The position numbers and the translations under genes were made by a program. DNA of 64,000 nucleotides, from the NCBI RefSeq assembly GCF_009914755.1, contig NC_060929.1. One strand, written 5' to 3'. Below, piece after piece: positions 45,301-62,305 of this stretch. Origin of the DNA: the human T2T-CHM13v2.0 reference genome, Homo sapiens. The notes below the pieces were generated by a model. The model saw nothing but the letters and a program-made list of their open reading frames with translations. It made no database searches and was not told where the DNA came from. The stretch's first letter is position 1. Every line of letters begins with the position of its first letter.

Positions 45301-45666
45301 AACTGAGTGGCTGCTAAGAATCTACACAGCTCTGTGCTTGAGATCCAAGGCCCTGGTGGCATGGCTTACGATGGGGGTCTCCTCATTAACAGGTTGCACA
45401 GATCCGTGGGAAATGCGTGGTTTCCTGGGCAAGGTAGCACAATCACTCACCACCTGCCTTGGCTACAGTGGGAGCTCCTCTTGCCATGCGGCTCCCAGGT
45501 GGGCCATTGGTCCACCCCGATTTTCCTCTCTCTCCATGGGTTGCACCAACTGCCTAGTCAGTCCCAATGAGAGAAGTTGCTGGTGTAGGATTCACTCGCC
45601 ATTTTTGTTTTCAGTGGGAGACTCTGACCACAGCTGTTTCTAGTCAGCCATTTTGGCCCCTCCCGG
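39397..45666 (-). mobile_element. Full-length L1PA (roughly PA8-PA11), ORFs disrupted
   Basis: 5' end gggaggggccaaaatggctgactagaaacagc. ORF1 fragments 44460-43413. ORF2 EN (GDFNT..SDH) and RT ([16 protein letters not shown]) fragments. 3'UTR and poly-A. TSD gatt(c/g)ctagtt. Confidence 0.97.
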
Positions 45667-46409
45667 ATTGCTAGTTTTGAATGAACTTGTCAGAGTTAGA
45701 AATCATAGTAAGCTAAGTAGTTTACATAAATGTGACTGCAGATAAAATTTTAATTTCAGATTTTCGATGCTAGCAGCATTCTCACAATGATCAAGAATGA
45801 TATTTGCTACTGGAGTCACATTACTCAAGTTCAATATGAATCGTATTTAGAGAGTAGATTTTGGTACAAGAAAAGACAACCTCTTACTGAGCTTGTAGTG
45901 TATTCTAGACGCTGTGCTGAGCGCTTTGCTGTATTCTGTTACTTAACCCCGTGGAGTAAGCACTACTGATAACCTTGCTTACAGATAAAGGAATGGTGGC
46001 TCTGAGAAGCACACAGCTAGTAAGTGACAAAGCAAGGGGTCAAAGGTCAGTAGGACGTCAGAACTCTTGCTTTTAATCATGACTCAGTCTTGCCTCTCTA
46101 GTGCTTGGGCAATAAAGTTTTAGAGATGAAATATGTACAAATTAAATAATTTAATGCAAAAACTGAAAGCATCTTGCAGTTACCTATTTTTACCCCTAGG
46201 TGACACTTTTGCATTTAAAAGGTAAACTACAAATGGCAACTGAGAATTAGATTAATTTGGAAGTAAAACACTTAAAAAAATATGTATATATACATACAAA
46301 TGTATATGCTCATGGCTGTGTGAATTTCGAGTAATGATAAAAATTGCCCTCAGAAGGTACTTTCTGTTAACTTTCCTATATGTGTTATAACATTAATTGC
46401 TCAAGTTTA

Positions 46410-46595
46410 TGTAAAGTGTTTTTTATGGAACATCTGTATCAGAAAAGTTGGGTGTTTAAAATACAGATTTCTGCTTGGGCTTTACCTCAAACTGAAAGAA
46501 TCAGAATTTGTGGAGGTGCAGGTCCAAGAATTTGTATTTTTGAACAAGCACCAAGTGATTCTTCTACATAATACAATTTAAGAACCATTGCTTAA
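46410..46595. mobile_element. MER5A-like hAT-Charlie remnant
   Basis: aaaatacagatttctg..aatcagaatttg..ccaagaatttgtatttttgaacaagcaccaagtgattct..tttaagaaccattg. Confidence 0.75.
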
Positions 46596-47382
46596 CTGTG
46601 TAATATCTAAATCTTCCTGTCATTAGAGTCAGTTGGGGGAAATTTAATAAAATACAGTTACCTCATCCCCACTCAGAAAAATCTCAGAATTTCCAAGGGC
46701 ACAGCCCAGGAATTTAGGTTAAAAATGCCCTGATTCCAATGTATAACCAGGGTTGCACAGTGGAGAAGCAGGCACGGTGGTATTCACTTTCCTTCAGTGG
46801 TCGTGACCACTTTCCTTCAGTTTGCTAGAATTGGAGCCACTGCTGACACAATTTTATCTGATTACACTGTCTACTGCATTTGCTACTTTCACTTAAAGCT
46901 ATATCTATATACATCCATACATAATATACCTTTTATGGTGTAGTGTTGTTTCATTATGTTATTCATGTTTATTGCAAAAAAAATCCCATGCATAAATGGA
47001 AAGATGATAACAAAGGCTATTTCCCACAATCCAGAAAAAAAACTACTTTCAATTTGATATCCTTCTAGTCCTTATGTTTTCTGTTTATTTTTACTTAAAA
47101 GATTTTGTGAAAATATTGGGATCATACCATGTAGACAACTTTATATACTGCTATACAACATCTTTTATGAAAATTTCTTCTGATCGCCAAAAATTCTCTG
47201 AAAACAATTTGCACTGGCTGCCTACTCTTCCATTGATTGGATACACCATAATAAAAACATTCATTCTTTTTCACATGGTAAGTCATTTATTTATAATAGT
47301 TAAATGGCCAATATTACAGTAAATAATAATTCAATAGCATTTTATATTGTTTAATTTAATTAGTGATGTGCTAGTTTCTTAG

Positions 47383-48053
<671 letters not shown>

Positions 48054-48349
48054 CCAGCTAGGTCATTTTAGATGTACCCCTGGCTCTGAGTTAGCACTAA
48101 ATGCACATGTTCTGCTGGTGAAATGTCCAGGGTACCATCTATGTTACTAACTAGCATCATCTTACCAATAAGGGACAACTTTCTCACAACCTCTGATTGA
48201 GTTTCTTCTTCCACGCCCTTTGTATATAATTTTCATGACATAATAAAAATAATAATGTAGTTGAGATAGACAAATAGTTGACTACAAAATTTAACTACTG
48301 CTACAGAATGTTACCTGAATCCTAACCATAATAGCTTTATGTATTCAGC

Positions 48350-48660
<311 letters not shown>

Positions 48661-49234
48661 TAAACACCTCCAATGACGATCTTTATTTATCATATTATGG
48701 ATACACGTCTTTTCACACACATGTTGCAAATATTTCCCAGTACATTGTTTTTCTATGAACTTTGTTAATTTTTAAAAATTTTTGACCCAAAACTTTTCAT
48801 TTTGACTCGGCAGATTCAATAATCTTTTTATTTTCAGCTTTTTCCCTTGTTGTCATGAGATAAAAGATTGCTTCCTATCTCATGGTAACCTCCAGTTTCA
48901 TCTATGTTCTTCTCCAATATTGTATTAGAAAATGGTTCAAACATGGAAAACATGAAGAAATTTTACAGTATAAATCTATATCCCCACCATCTAGATTCTA
49001 CAGTAATATTATACTATACTGACTTTTTAAATATATCTGTACATCTTTCCATCCCTTTATCCATCACATCAATCACTTTTATGCATTTTGAAGTGGGCCA
49101 TAGACATCAGTTATGTCTCTCAACTGCTTCAATGTGCATACCATATGTATTTGGTGTGTGTGTATGTATACATATACAATTATATATAAATATACACACA
49201 CAGAAAAAACTACATATCTTTCTTTTTGCATATG

Positions 49235-49705
49235 GTTTTAGTTACCTATGGCTGCTGAAACAAATTACCACAAACTGGGTGGTTTAAAACAACACAATTC
49301 TGGAGGCAGGAGGCATGAAATCAGTTTCACTGGGCTGAAGGTGTGGGCAGGTAGGCAAGGCTGGTTCCTTCTGGAGGTTCAGGGGAGAAGTTGTTTCCAT
49401 GCCTTTTCCAGCTCCTGGAGGCTGCGTGCTTCCTTAGCCTGTGATCCTTTCCTCACAACACTCTGGTCTTTTCCTTCCATTGTCACAGCTCCATCTCTTC
49501 TGTAGTCAAATCTTCCTCTGCGTCCCTCTTATAAGAACACTTGTGATTGCATATAGGACATCCCTAGGTATTCCAGGATAATCTCCCCATCTCAAACTCT
49601 TTAACTTAATCACCTTGTGAAGTCCCTTTTGCAATATACAGTAACATTCTCAGGTTCCAAAGATTAGAACCTGGGTATATTTAGAGATATTATTCATCCA
49701 GTCAC
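49235..49705. mobile_element. MLT1-type MaLR LTR
   Basis: ggctgctgaaacaaattaccacaaactgggtgg..caggataatctccccatctcaa..caggttcc. Confidence 0.85.
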
Positions 49706-50373
49706 ACATACAAATACTTACGTCACCTTTTTTAATAGCATGAGGTAAAAAATCTGACTTAATTTTCCCAAATAATTGCCCAAATTATTAAAAATATAAA
49801 TATAAATTATTTAATATTTAAGAAGTTTCAAGTTTGTTACTTTTATCACACAAAGTTCCTTGCTTTTTCTCCATGCCCTGGACTCTTCTAAAGTCAACAA
49901 TGACAAAATATTATAATGATTTGATTTATTGAATCTAATTCTAAATGTTTTGTTCAGCAAAATTTATTTAAATTTGGATAAAAGAGGTAATAAAATGGAA
50001 GACTATAAGTTGGTTGTTGTAGAAAAATGACTACCGAATTCCCATATACTAATTTATTCTCTGCCAGAATATTTACATCAGAAAATTATTTTATGAGAAT
50101 GAGCTATTTGAAGTTATATGTGGAATGTAAGAATTAACAATAAGAAAGAGACAGAGAAATAACACCCACTGAACTCTGACAAATATTAAATGATAAGCCA
50201 CTAAGAAAAATGACAAATCAGGATTAGAAACAAGCCAGAAAAGGTAAAAAATATTTATGTCAAAATCTTCGTGCCAATTTTAACCAGTGTCAGGCACCAA
50301 AATTTGAGAATTATCTTTGAGAGTTATCTTCCTTTCAGTAAAGGCAACACTGGCAGTTAAACATCATTTTTAC

Positions 50374-53300
50374 TTGTGGACAACTTATGGAATTAATAAT
50401 ATTCAACTATTTTAATTGAAACAAAACTTTTGGCATTGTAATATAGTTGTTAACCTTTGGTAAATGAACCTATAATTTTGCCAACGGAACACATTACTTG
50501 ATACATCCTCCACGTTGAGCTTGTCAGGCCCATTTCTAGAGAGTGGATTGCCAATTAACTGGTTACATAAAGTATACTTTTTTATTTTAAAAAAATAATG
50601 CATTTGTTCCTATGGCCACACCCTAAATAAAGGAGTTTCCATTTAAAGATTTCTTTGTAACTGCTAGTCTAAACTGTGGAACTATTTCTTAATGTGCTTG
50701 TAAATTAATTTGAATAAATTCTCCACGTCTGTCTTTATAAGTGGGCTTTATTTTTACAGCTGTTTTAGATTCACAGGAAAACTGAGCAGGAAGTACAGAG
50801 AGTTCTCATATACACTCTGTCCTTCACCCCACCCCATACGCAGCCTCGCGGAATATCAACACCCTGCACCAGAGTGGTAGATTTGTCTTACTCTGTGACT
50901 GTACACTCTCACATCATTATCACTCAAAGCCTAGTGTTCACATGAGAGTTCCCTCTTGCTATTGCACATGCTATGGGTTTTGACAAACATATAATAACAG
51001 GCATCCACCATTGTAGTACCACACAGAAGAGCTTCACTGCCCTAAAAATCCTTGCACCCTGTTGATTTATGCCTTCCTTCTCCTAATCTTTAGCAACCAC
51101 AGATCTTTTTTCCCACCTCCATGGTTTTGTTTTTTTCCAGAATGTCGTATAGTTGGAATCATACAGTATGTAGCTTTTTCAGAGTGGATTTTGTTCACTC
51201 AGTAATATGCATTTGAGGTTCCTCCATGTCTTTTCATGGCTTGATAGCTCATTTCTTTTATAGGATTGATGTACATCCAGAACATTGGATAAATAAATAA
51301 ATATTTATTCATATTTACATGAATAAATGTGTAAAGTATATTTATTCATTCATCTATGGTTTTAGTCTGTTTTGTGTTGTCATAATGGAAAACTGCAGAC
51401 TGGCCAGTTTATAAAAAAAAAGAGATCTATATTTCTTGTAGTTCTGGAGGCTGGAAAGTCCAAGGTAGATGGACCACATCTGATGACGGCCTTCTTGCTG
51501 AGTCATCCCAGGGCAGAAGGCAGAAGGGCAAGAAAGCATAAGAGCAAGAACAAGCACACTCTCGCGATAACTAACCCACTCCGTGATTACAACATTATGA
51601 AGGAGTCATAATTGCCTCTTATTGGGCTCCAGCCCCCAATATTGTTGCATTTTGGATTAAGTTTTCAACGTAAGAACTTTGGGTGACACATTTAAACCAT
51701 AGCACCTGAGGAAGAGAGCATTGGTTGCTTCTGAGTTTTGGCAATTATGAATAAAATTGTTATACATATCGGTGTGTAGGTTTTTGTGTAGACATGTTTT
51801 CAACTGATTTGGGTAAATGCCAAGGAGCACAACTGCTGAATTATATGGTAAGAGTATGCTTAGCTTTGTAAGAAACTGCCAAACTATATTGCAAAATGGC
51901 TGTGTCATTTTGCATTCACACCAGCAACAGATGATACTTTCTGTTGCTCCACATCCTCATCAGCATTCGGTGTTTTCAGTGTTCTGGATTTTCACCATTC
52001 TAATAAGTGTGTAGTGATATCTCACTTAGTTTTAATTTAATTCCCTAATGGCATATGATGATGAGCATCTTTTAATATGCGTTTTTGGGCCATTCATGAA
52101 TCTTTTTTTGGTGAAGTATCTGTTCACAGCTTCTGCCCATTTCATAATTGGGTTGTTCATTTTCTTATTGTTGAGCTTTAAGAGTTCATTATATACTTTG
52201 GAAAACAGTCCTGTATCAGACATGTCTTTTGCAAATATTTTCTTTCAGCCTCTGACTTGTCTTCTCATTCTCTGGAGTGTATGTTTTTGTTTGCTTTGCC
52301 TGCTATGTCATAAATCTGACATTATTTAAATATCTCCTTCCATCCTGACTGTTTACTTAATGTTGACTGTGATAATTTTTTAATTCATGTTTACTTTAAG
52401 AGACATTTGAAAGAAGCTCCTGATAAGTTCAGATACTGTTTAATATAATGTTAATGCAAAATTTTCAGTTTATGTAGGTGACAAGGAGTCAAATGTAACA
52501 AAGTCACACTGTAATGAATGTTGGGTGGTCACAAAAGGTTTATGTATCAGGCAGTGACTCATTTTGGCACACCAAAGCAAAATTCAAATGGTTACCTCAG
52601 CAAAATGACAAAGCACTGCATGCCATGGACTTTCTGGGTTGCTTATGAATAGCTGAAACACGAAATGTTAAGTACACAAATGGTGAGAAAACACTATATT
52701 TCAAGTAAAGAAACAAATGTATTTAATCACGTTTGCCAATGTCTGATTTTCTTCTTAAAGTTTTATAACCTGGAGTTTGTGGAGCCTTGGGGGATGAATA
52801 AATACAGGAGTAATGCTCTTCAAATGAGCTATTGTAAAGGACTATTGTATTTTTCAATTGGTTGTGGATTGATACATTTGTCTCATAGATAGTTCCCTCT
52901 ATTAATATGGATATATATGTTATAATATACGTCAGTGGAATGTTTCTCAGCTTTTCAAACCATTTTATTGGCTGTTTTCTCTTGTCTATGGGTACTCGTA
53001 GAGAATGCTATTGAAGTTGGTATTCATATTTTAATGGGAGGAAATAATCCCAAGCTGCAGACACAAATTCAGTTCCAAACCCCAGACAGTGGATGGGCTA
53101 TGCTTATCAAAGCAGACAGAATGCATATAGTAGTAATGAGAGAAATCTGAACATAGGACTGAAATATATACGTAAACCACCAGTGTTAAACTTGATTTCA
53201 GTATAACTGAAAGGACTCCAATCTGACCTCCAGAGACCTGACATGAGCTATCATGATATGAAGTCAAAATCTTTCACCCAAAATCCAGACCTAGCATCCC

Positions 53301-53698
53301 TTCAATTAGAAAGAAGTTGAGCAGGATGGATCATTCACTTCATAAGTACTTTCTGTAAATTTTCTTTGTACTATTCTCTAATGCATCCATTTATCAGAGT
53401 AAACACGCACTGGGAAAAGGAACCTACCTTTGGGTTGAATTGGTCACAGACTCTTAATCAATTCTGGTTCCTGAGACCTAGAACAACACAGCCAATCAGG
53501 AAAAGTGGAGCCTTGTGAAGTGAGCTGATAGATGTAGGTTAGATCTAATTCTATTTCACAGTAAGCCCAGTAGAATACTGAGTCCATCTCCAAGTCTGCT
53601 TGAAACATATTATATATCCTTAGTAGGTAGAATAATCCTGGCCTGAGTTCCTGGCACTGTGGAGTGCCATGATAGTCTTGACAGGATGTCTCCAAACC
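50374..53698 (-). pseudogene. Linker exons 53698-53428, 53352-52731, 52652-52596, 50558-50374
   Basis: VNDP..ILGERF..RSLEVRLES..FSPMFRFLS (cf. FPRFxFLS); LRVPIDKRKQPIKWFEKL (cf. VExWLxxLE). The 57-nt exon LFISNPESPWHAVLCHFAE joins in phase to LIGNPLSRNGPDKLNVEDVSSNVFRWQNYRFIY (cf. ALIxxDVHxRDVVxxLxxxxVxxxxDFxWxxQLRYY). Confidence 0.75.
50735..52280 (-). mobile_element. L1MC-type 3' fragment interrupted by an MST/MLT1A LTR (~51355-51703)
   Basis: gttttagattcacaggaaaactgagcaggaagtacagagagttc (L1M 3' end). Internal tagtctgttttgtgttg..aaaccatagca. Confidence 0.85.
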
Positions 53699-53826
53699 CT
53701 TGAATGTGAGAGAGTAATGAGTTACTAACTTGCTTGAGAAAAATTTATTTTAGGTTTTCCTTTACAGTCAAAACAGATGTCAAATAATGTATCACTTAAT
53801 ATCCTTCCAGTTCTTTTTTTGTGTTA

Positions 53827-54174
<348 letters not shown>

Positions 54175-54502
54175 TCACTTAATCCTCAAAAATACCAAGA
54201 TTTTGGCATTACTATTTTCATTTTATAACTTAAGAAACTGGGACTCAGAAAGGTTAAGATATTGCGAAATATCGCAGGAGAGTAAGTGGTATATCCGGAG
54301 TTGGAAGCTTCAACTGTTTAATGACAAGGCCAATTCTCTTGGTGCTCATAAAGTGTTACCTCTTAAATCGAGAGTTCTCTGTCTTATGAGGTTTTTTTGT
54401 TTTGTTTTGTTTTGTAATTTTTTGTGAAATAAGGAATGAGGTCATTTCCTAAGAGTAATGGGGATGATGCTAGGCTAGTAGAGCGTGAAGAAGAATATTT
54501 GA

Positions 54503-54970
<468 letters not shown>

Positions 54971-56348
54971 GGCCAAGCAGAACTACTGTCAGGCAGCATT
55001 GAAGGGCCAGTTTAGATGGAGACTATACATTTATAAGCATCAATATTAATTATATCAATGACAAAGCCGAAATCCTACAAAAATGTTAGATCCTTGCTTT
55101 CTCAGCCTCCTTTGCATTTGTATCAAGAGCTTATGATCCAAACCTGGCCACTGAAACCCTAGGGGAAATGCCCTGTAGGAATTTTGGAAGAGATTTTCAC
55201 CTTATTCAAACAGATGAATAGGAGCAAACTCCTGTCTTTTTGTCTGAATATTGTCATAACTACTTGTGATACATAGAACAGTAGCAGTCACTTTGCAATA
55301 TTGAAGGCATGAGCCCAAATCAAGCCAAGATAACAATTGATTAACCAACCCTAGAAGCACTATTCCTTTGGACTTCTTGTTATAAGAGATAGTAAACATT
55401 CTTATTCAAAGCTTTTCACTTGTATTTTTCATTGCTTGCAGGTAAGAGTATCCTAAGTTAAAAAAAATTATGGTTTTTCTCCTAAAATCCTCACAACATT
55501 AGATTACAACAAAATGAGGCAAATTACAGAATTACTGGCTGAAAATTTGTAGGGTGAACGTGTCTAAATAAAAGCATTTGAAGGTTTAGGCAAATGTTTT
55601 TGCCTATACCTTCAGATTTGCACCTTCAGATACCTATAGATTTGCACCATGGGGTTGACACTTGGCAAGGATGGGATGTGACAATAGCCAGGATGGTGTT
55701 AACAGAATAATCAAACACAGAAGGTCAACATTTAATGAGATTAAAATGTTGTTACATTGGGATTGAGAGAGGAGGAAGTAGAGTCAGAAAGAAGATATTA
55801 GAATATAAGATTTCAGAGGTGAAGCAAGTAATGTTGCTGCCCTGGATGAGGGTGGATGATATAAAATAAATGTGAATATGATTGGAGTTTAGGAAGTCAA
55901 AGAAGCATAAAACTAGCTTGTTGGATGATACAACCAACCACACGGACATTGGAGAGACTTGGAATTATGACAGTTCTTGAGGTAGAGGCAGGACTTAAGG
56001 AATATGGACATGCTCGGGACATTGGAGAACAACTAAATTGAGAAAGGTCTCACAGAGGAGGGCACTTTTGGCTTGCACTGTGTAGAATGGGAATAGTCTA
56101 TACAGTAGAGAGAAATGCAATCGTAGGCGTGCTTGGCAGAGGGAGCGATATGTGCAAAGCTCCTAGACAGGAAAAACCGTTTGAGGAATGGTGGGTAGTT
56201 CTTTGCTGCTGGAGCAGAGAAGGAAATAAGTTTTGGGTCAACTTGTGAAGAATTTATAAGTTACAAAAGCAAGTTTGGATATATTCTGATCAATACTTAT
56301 TGCTGATGATAGTTATCTAACCTCAAGGGAATTTAAAAGCTTTTATTC

Positions 56349-56629
56349 CTTTTTTTTTTTTTTTTTTTTTTTTTTGAGACGGAGTCTCGCTCTGTCGTCC
56401 AGGCTGGAGTGCAGTGGCGCAATCTTGGCTCACTGCAAGCTTCACCTCCCAAGTTCATGCCATTCTCCATTCTCCTGCCTCAGCCTCCGGAGTAGCTAGG
56501 ACTACAAGAGGCCGCCACCACGCCAGGCTAATTTTTTTGTATTTTTAGTAGAGACGGGGTTTCACCGTGTTAGCCAGGATGGTCTCGATCTCCTGATCTT
56601 GTGATCCGCCCGCCTCGGCCTCCCAAAGT
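56349..56629 (-). mobile_element. AluY, 5'-truncated
   Basis: TSD agcttttattc. Confidence 0.93.
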
Positions 56630-56689
56630 AGCTTTTATTCTTTTTTATAAAAAAATGCTCCACATGAAAGATGTCCCCTCACTCTGTCT

Positions 56690-57179
56690 GTCCTTCCTTC
56701 CTTCTTTCCTTCCTTCCTTCCCTCCCTGCCTTCCCTGCCTTCCCCTTCCCTTCCCTTCCTTTCCCTCCCTTCCTTCCCTCCCTGCCTTCCCCTTCCCTTC
56801 CCTTCCTTTCCCTCCCTTCCTTCCCTCCCTGCCTTCCCTGCCTTCCTCTTCCCTTCCCTTCCTTTGCCTCCCTTCCTTCCCTCCCTGCCTTCCCTGCTTT
56901 CCCCTTCCCTTCCCTTCCTTTCCCTCCCTTCCTTCCCTCCCTGCCTTCCCTACCTTCCCCTTCCCTTCCCTTCCCTCCCTTCCTTCCCTCCTTCCTTCCC
57001 TCCTTCCTTCCCTCCCTCCCTTCCCTGGCTTCCCTTCCCTTCCCTTCCCCTCCCTCCCTCCCTTCCTTCCTCCCTTCCTTCCTTCCCCTCCCTCCTTCCT
57101 TCCCTCCCTCCTTCCCTTCCTTCCTTCCTTCCCTCCCTCCTTCCCTCCCTCCTTCCCTTCCTTCCTTCCTTTCCTTCTT

Positions 57180-57180
<1 letters not shown>
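56690..57180. repeat. ~490-bp polypyrimidine (CCTT/CCCT/CCCTT) tract
   Basis: Almost purely C/T with recurring ccctgcctt units; abuts an Alu tail. Confidence 0.97.
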
Positions 57181-57812
<632 letters not shown>

Positions 57813-58461
57813 ACCCTCCCTCCTTTCCTTCCTTCCTCCCTCCCTCCCTCTCTCTCTCTCTCTTCTCTCTTTCTTTCTCTCTGTCTCTATTTCTTTTTTT
57901 CTTTCCTTCTCCTATTCATTACTTGGGGAAGTTGGGAGAAAAGTAGACCTGACCTAATTACAGTTGTATTTTCTTTGTTTTAATGAATCCTTTTGGGAAT
58001 AGGTAGATGTAGTTTATCTCTGACTGAAAGAGAGGAGAGGATGAAATGAATACACATCTTCCAGAATAACAATTTTTTGGCATATCAGTCAGTTTTTGCT
58101 ACAATAGTATATAACCCTAATATCATGGCTTATGAGTAACAACAGTGGTTTCTTGCTGTGGTTATCTCCAGCTCTCCTGGACTCTACAGGGCTCTGATGG
58201 ACTTCTCTGGTTCCACTGGGCTCTGCTACATTTCATAAGGCCCTTTTTAGTCCTGTTGGACACTACTTAGCTCTCCCAGGCCTTGCTGGGCTCTACTAAG
58301 TTCTGCTGGGCTAGATTTAGCTCAGTATATCTTTTCATTCTGGTAGCCTGGCTGAAGATGTCACTACTGTTGGGGATATATTTGTAATCATGATGAAAGG
58401 TCAGAGCAAGAGGCCAGAAGCTAAGTCATTCTGTGGCATTGAAGGATTCTTCTGCTCAATG

Positions 58462-59651
58462 TGTTGTAGTTTCTCTTTAATCAAACTCTAGCCAAGGGCT
58501 TCTGAGTCCTCTTCTCAACTAGGCCTCAATCTGGCTTATGAAAATTGCAGACTCTCAGCACAAATAATTTTGTCTACACTTTCCTACCTCCCCCACTAAA
58601 TACGAGACTTGAACAAACACTAACACAGTATTTGTTCTAACAGTTACCAGCTAAAGTCTGTCTAACCTAACTGCTCAAGGCTGCACCCCTAGGATGACTC
58701 CAGCCCCCACTTAAAATACTGGCCTAAGAAAGCTCAAGCCTGCCTAAAGAATTTATTGTTTCCTCCAGCCCATCCTGGAGACAGGGAGAGAGTCCCCGAG
58801 CCCTCTTTTAGAAATCTTACAGTTACAAATTCTTTCTCTGTCCCTTTGAGGTATAAATCTTCCACCACCCAGAACAATCTTCTCTAGGACCTGAGGGCCA
58901 TCTCTTTACAATGCAAACATTCAGAGAGGTAACTTTCACTCTACCTCCCAGGCCCCACGTGGACAAGGACCAAACTTGAACAAAACAAACTTGCTTTAAC
59001 TTGCATCATTGCCTCCTGTCATAAAGATATAGAAATTTGTTTCTCCAGCAAGGCACAGTGGCTCACACCTGTAGTCCTAGCACTTCGGGAGGCCAATGCA
59101 GGTGGATCACGAGGTCAGGAATTTAAGATCAGCCTGGCCAAGACGGTGAAACCCTGTCTCTACTAAGAATACAAAAATTAGCTGGGCATGGTGGCAGGCA
59201 CCTGTAATCCCAGCTACTCGGGAGGCTGAGGCAGAGAATTGCTTGAACTCGGGAGGCAGAGGTTGCAGTGAGCCGAGATTGCGCCACTGCACTCCAGCCT
59301 GGGTGACAGAGCGAGACTCCATCTCAAAAAAAAAAAAAAAAAGAAAAAGAAAAAAAAAAAAGAAATTTGTTTCTCCTCCAGATAAGAGCCAATTAACAAA
59401 CTTACGTGGCCTAGTCATCTTAGCCAACTCTTCTTCCTGCTTTTCCTAAATTTTCACTTCTCTAACTCTGCTCCAGCCCTTGCTATACCGCCTCCCTACT
59501 CCCTCATTCTTCCTTTAAAACTCCCAGTCAACTCTGCACAAATCAAAGTTGAGTGCAGTGCTTGCTGGACCATGCTCCCTATTGTACTAGTTTAGTGCTG
59601 AATAAAATCTACTCTCACCACTTTAACTGGTGTCTGTCTTTACCTCTGACA
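58462..59651 (+). mobile_element. ERV1 LTR (MER31/MER67-like) with AluS insertion 59045-59361
   Basis: caaactctagccaagggcttctgagtcctcttctcaactaggcctc..ctgaataaaatc..tgaca; Alu TSD agaaatttgtttctcc. Confidence 0.8.
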
Positions 59652-61977
59652 GTGGCAAATGTTACATTAGCTCATATTCCAAATCACGTCAAATGATCAA
59701 GCCCCAAATCAATGGAGGCAAGGAAACATGATAAGATGGGAACAAGCAAACAGATAAAGCAATGATAGCACACATGGCTATTTAATGAAAATGAGCTAGG
59801 GCTCATTTCTTTAACAAGAAAGTAAGATACCAGAAAGATACCTATTACAGGAAGTCAGTGTTTTTGATACAGCAAATATAAATAGAAAAACTCAGAGCAA
59901 TGTTGCTCTCTTAATAATAGATAGATCAACATAAAATTGTCTCAAGGGAACTAAACCCATAAATGAATTTAATGTATAAGCTTTAATATCTGAAATATGT
60001 AATTGGTATTTATCCTTAACTGATGAGCAGTGTTCTAGTGTTCTTTAAATGGGAGCCAATTAGTTGTACTGATTTTTTAATATTAAACATTTGTATTTGA
60101 TAGTTAAAAATAGAAAAAGCCATAAAAATCTCTGGCAAATCAGGAGTCCAAAAGATATCTAAAATGCCCTATCTGCTGTTGCAATCATTTTCCTAGATTT
60201 TTATTTTATTTAACAACAGCAACAACAAAACTGTGATTGTCACTTGATGTACTGCATCAGATCTTTTACAATCATAGTTTTTAGGCCATGCTAGAAAAGA
60301 TAACACTAGTTATTTAGCACAGTGTTGTATTTAGGGAAATTGTTAAGCCACTTAAATTTCAGACTCTCTCTGCTCTAGTAGAGAGTACAAAATCTACTGT
60401 TTGAGTGATGTTCACAGCCCAGTGTCAGGAAACAAGTCTCAGAAAATTAAAGTCCAGGCTTAGTGTGTTCTGGATATTATGTTTCGTGATATTTGACTTG
60501 AAAGAAAACAACTACCATGTAGCAACAAATTTGATATGACTGAAGGTAATATATTTTCACTTGAGATTCAATGTGCTTTACATCTTCATCAATTAGTTGG
60601 GGGAGAACAATAGAATAATAAGTGGACAATCGTATTAATGATGGGTAGTTAATGAGTCTGGTGAAAGAATCTCAATGAATAACTTTGTTTAGCACATCAT
60701 ATCCTTACCTATTAAGTGGAAAGTTTACTTGTGTTTTGTGGATGGAGGAATAGAAGGGAAAGGAAGATAAAGTAAAATAAATAAATAAATAAGATGCTTG
60801 CTCTCCATGAATTTGTTGGGTAGTGAAAAGTTCTAGGAATTGATATTAAACATTTATGTGTTTGATGTTGATGATGAAATGGCCTGTTTTCACAATATAA
60901 TAGTGAGTGGAGAACAGGGGAAGGAAGAGGAGGAAGTCTGCCCTTTGGAGAGAAGAATTAGATTTAAGAATTATTTGAACAAATTGGAGACTTGTTTCAA
61001 TTTGAACACTACCAAAATAACATTTAAAGAGAAGCAAATTTAGAAAAATTAATGGTACTTGTAGTACATCAGGAGATGTTGCTTTATGTAAATATGGCTA
61101 AAATTTACATGGTTATGGCAAATCAGAGAGGAAACCAAATGATCTAAACAACTGGGCCAGATTTAAAATAAAACTGATGACAATAACAATGTTAACAGAA
61201 TCATAGTTAATATCATAGTTAAAATCATAATTGGTCTCAGAACGGTAATTTTTCATGGCAGTCCATGTCATCTTATCAGAAAGTAAGTGACTTTAATGGG
61301 AATGAGAGAGAGAAGAGTTTCTTTAGATGACTAACTAAAAGGAGTATGGATTTAAAAAAGAAGGTGGAACAATCTTATCCTGAGATCTCTTTTGCAAAGA
61401 GGAGAGATTGATACTATTTTGCCTCATTGGGATTCTGCAGTTTAAGGATGAAGCCTGCCTTATTCCTCCTGTTGTATGGAGTCTATAAATGCTGATAAAG
61501 AATCCTGAACCTGGTATTTGGGAAATGACATGAGATTGCCCATGCTGTCCATTGTGACAGTCCTACTACTCCAAGTTTCCAGGACTAGGCACAGTGTCTT
61601 GAGGCCAATTGTGGGGATGTTTCCTCTCTTCACCTGTTCAAGGGAATCATAGTGTATCGTCAAGTCATTCAAGGAAAACTGTTAATACAATAGATAAAAC
61701 AGGCTTTATGTAGAGAATTCTTGACTGAGAGATCCTGCTTCCTACTGAAACCCTTCTACCCTGGGCATGCTCGAGCTTCAAACCTAGGGGATGTTCTTAT
61801 TGCCACAAGGATTTTCCCAGGATCAACCCAGTTCCTGGTACAGCTCCCTGGATGTTGTCATCTGAAACCTAAAATAACTGGCCCTGTCAGGGCACAGAGA
61901 AGCCTCAGTGAACGTAAGAAGGTCCCCAAGAGCTCTCTTGGGACAAGTATTATTACAGTTTCGGCAAGATTATGGGT

Positions 61978-62305
<328 letters not shown>

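Noticed and set aside
39699-45643. Many 60-186 aa ORFs with endonuclease or RT motifs
   Set aside because: Fragments of the disrupted L1PA ORF1/ORF2 and its 5'UTR; not an active element or a novel RT system.
49820-50035. Possible minus-strand Walker A (SPGHGEK) or plus-strand exon ~49893-49986
   Set aside because: AT-rich and ambiguous on both strands, and AAA1 Walker A has a better match at 27.1 kb. Not used to place the breakpoint.
53170-53300. VWILGERF..WWFTY resembling ATG4 proteases
   Set aside because: No catalytic GWGC motif follows, and the context fits the dynein linker.
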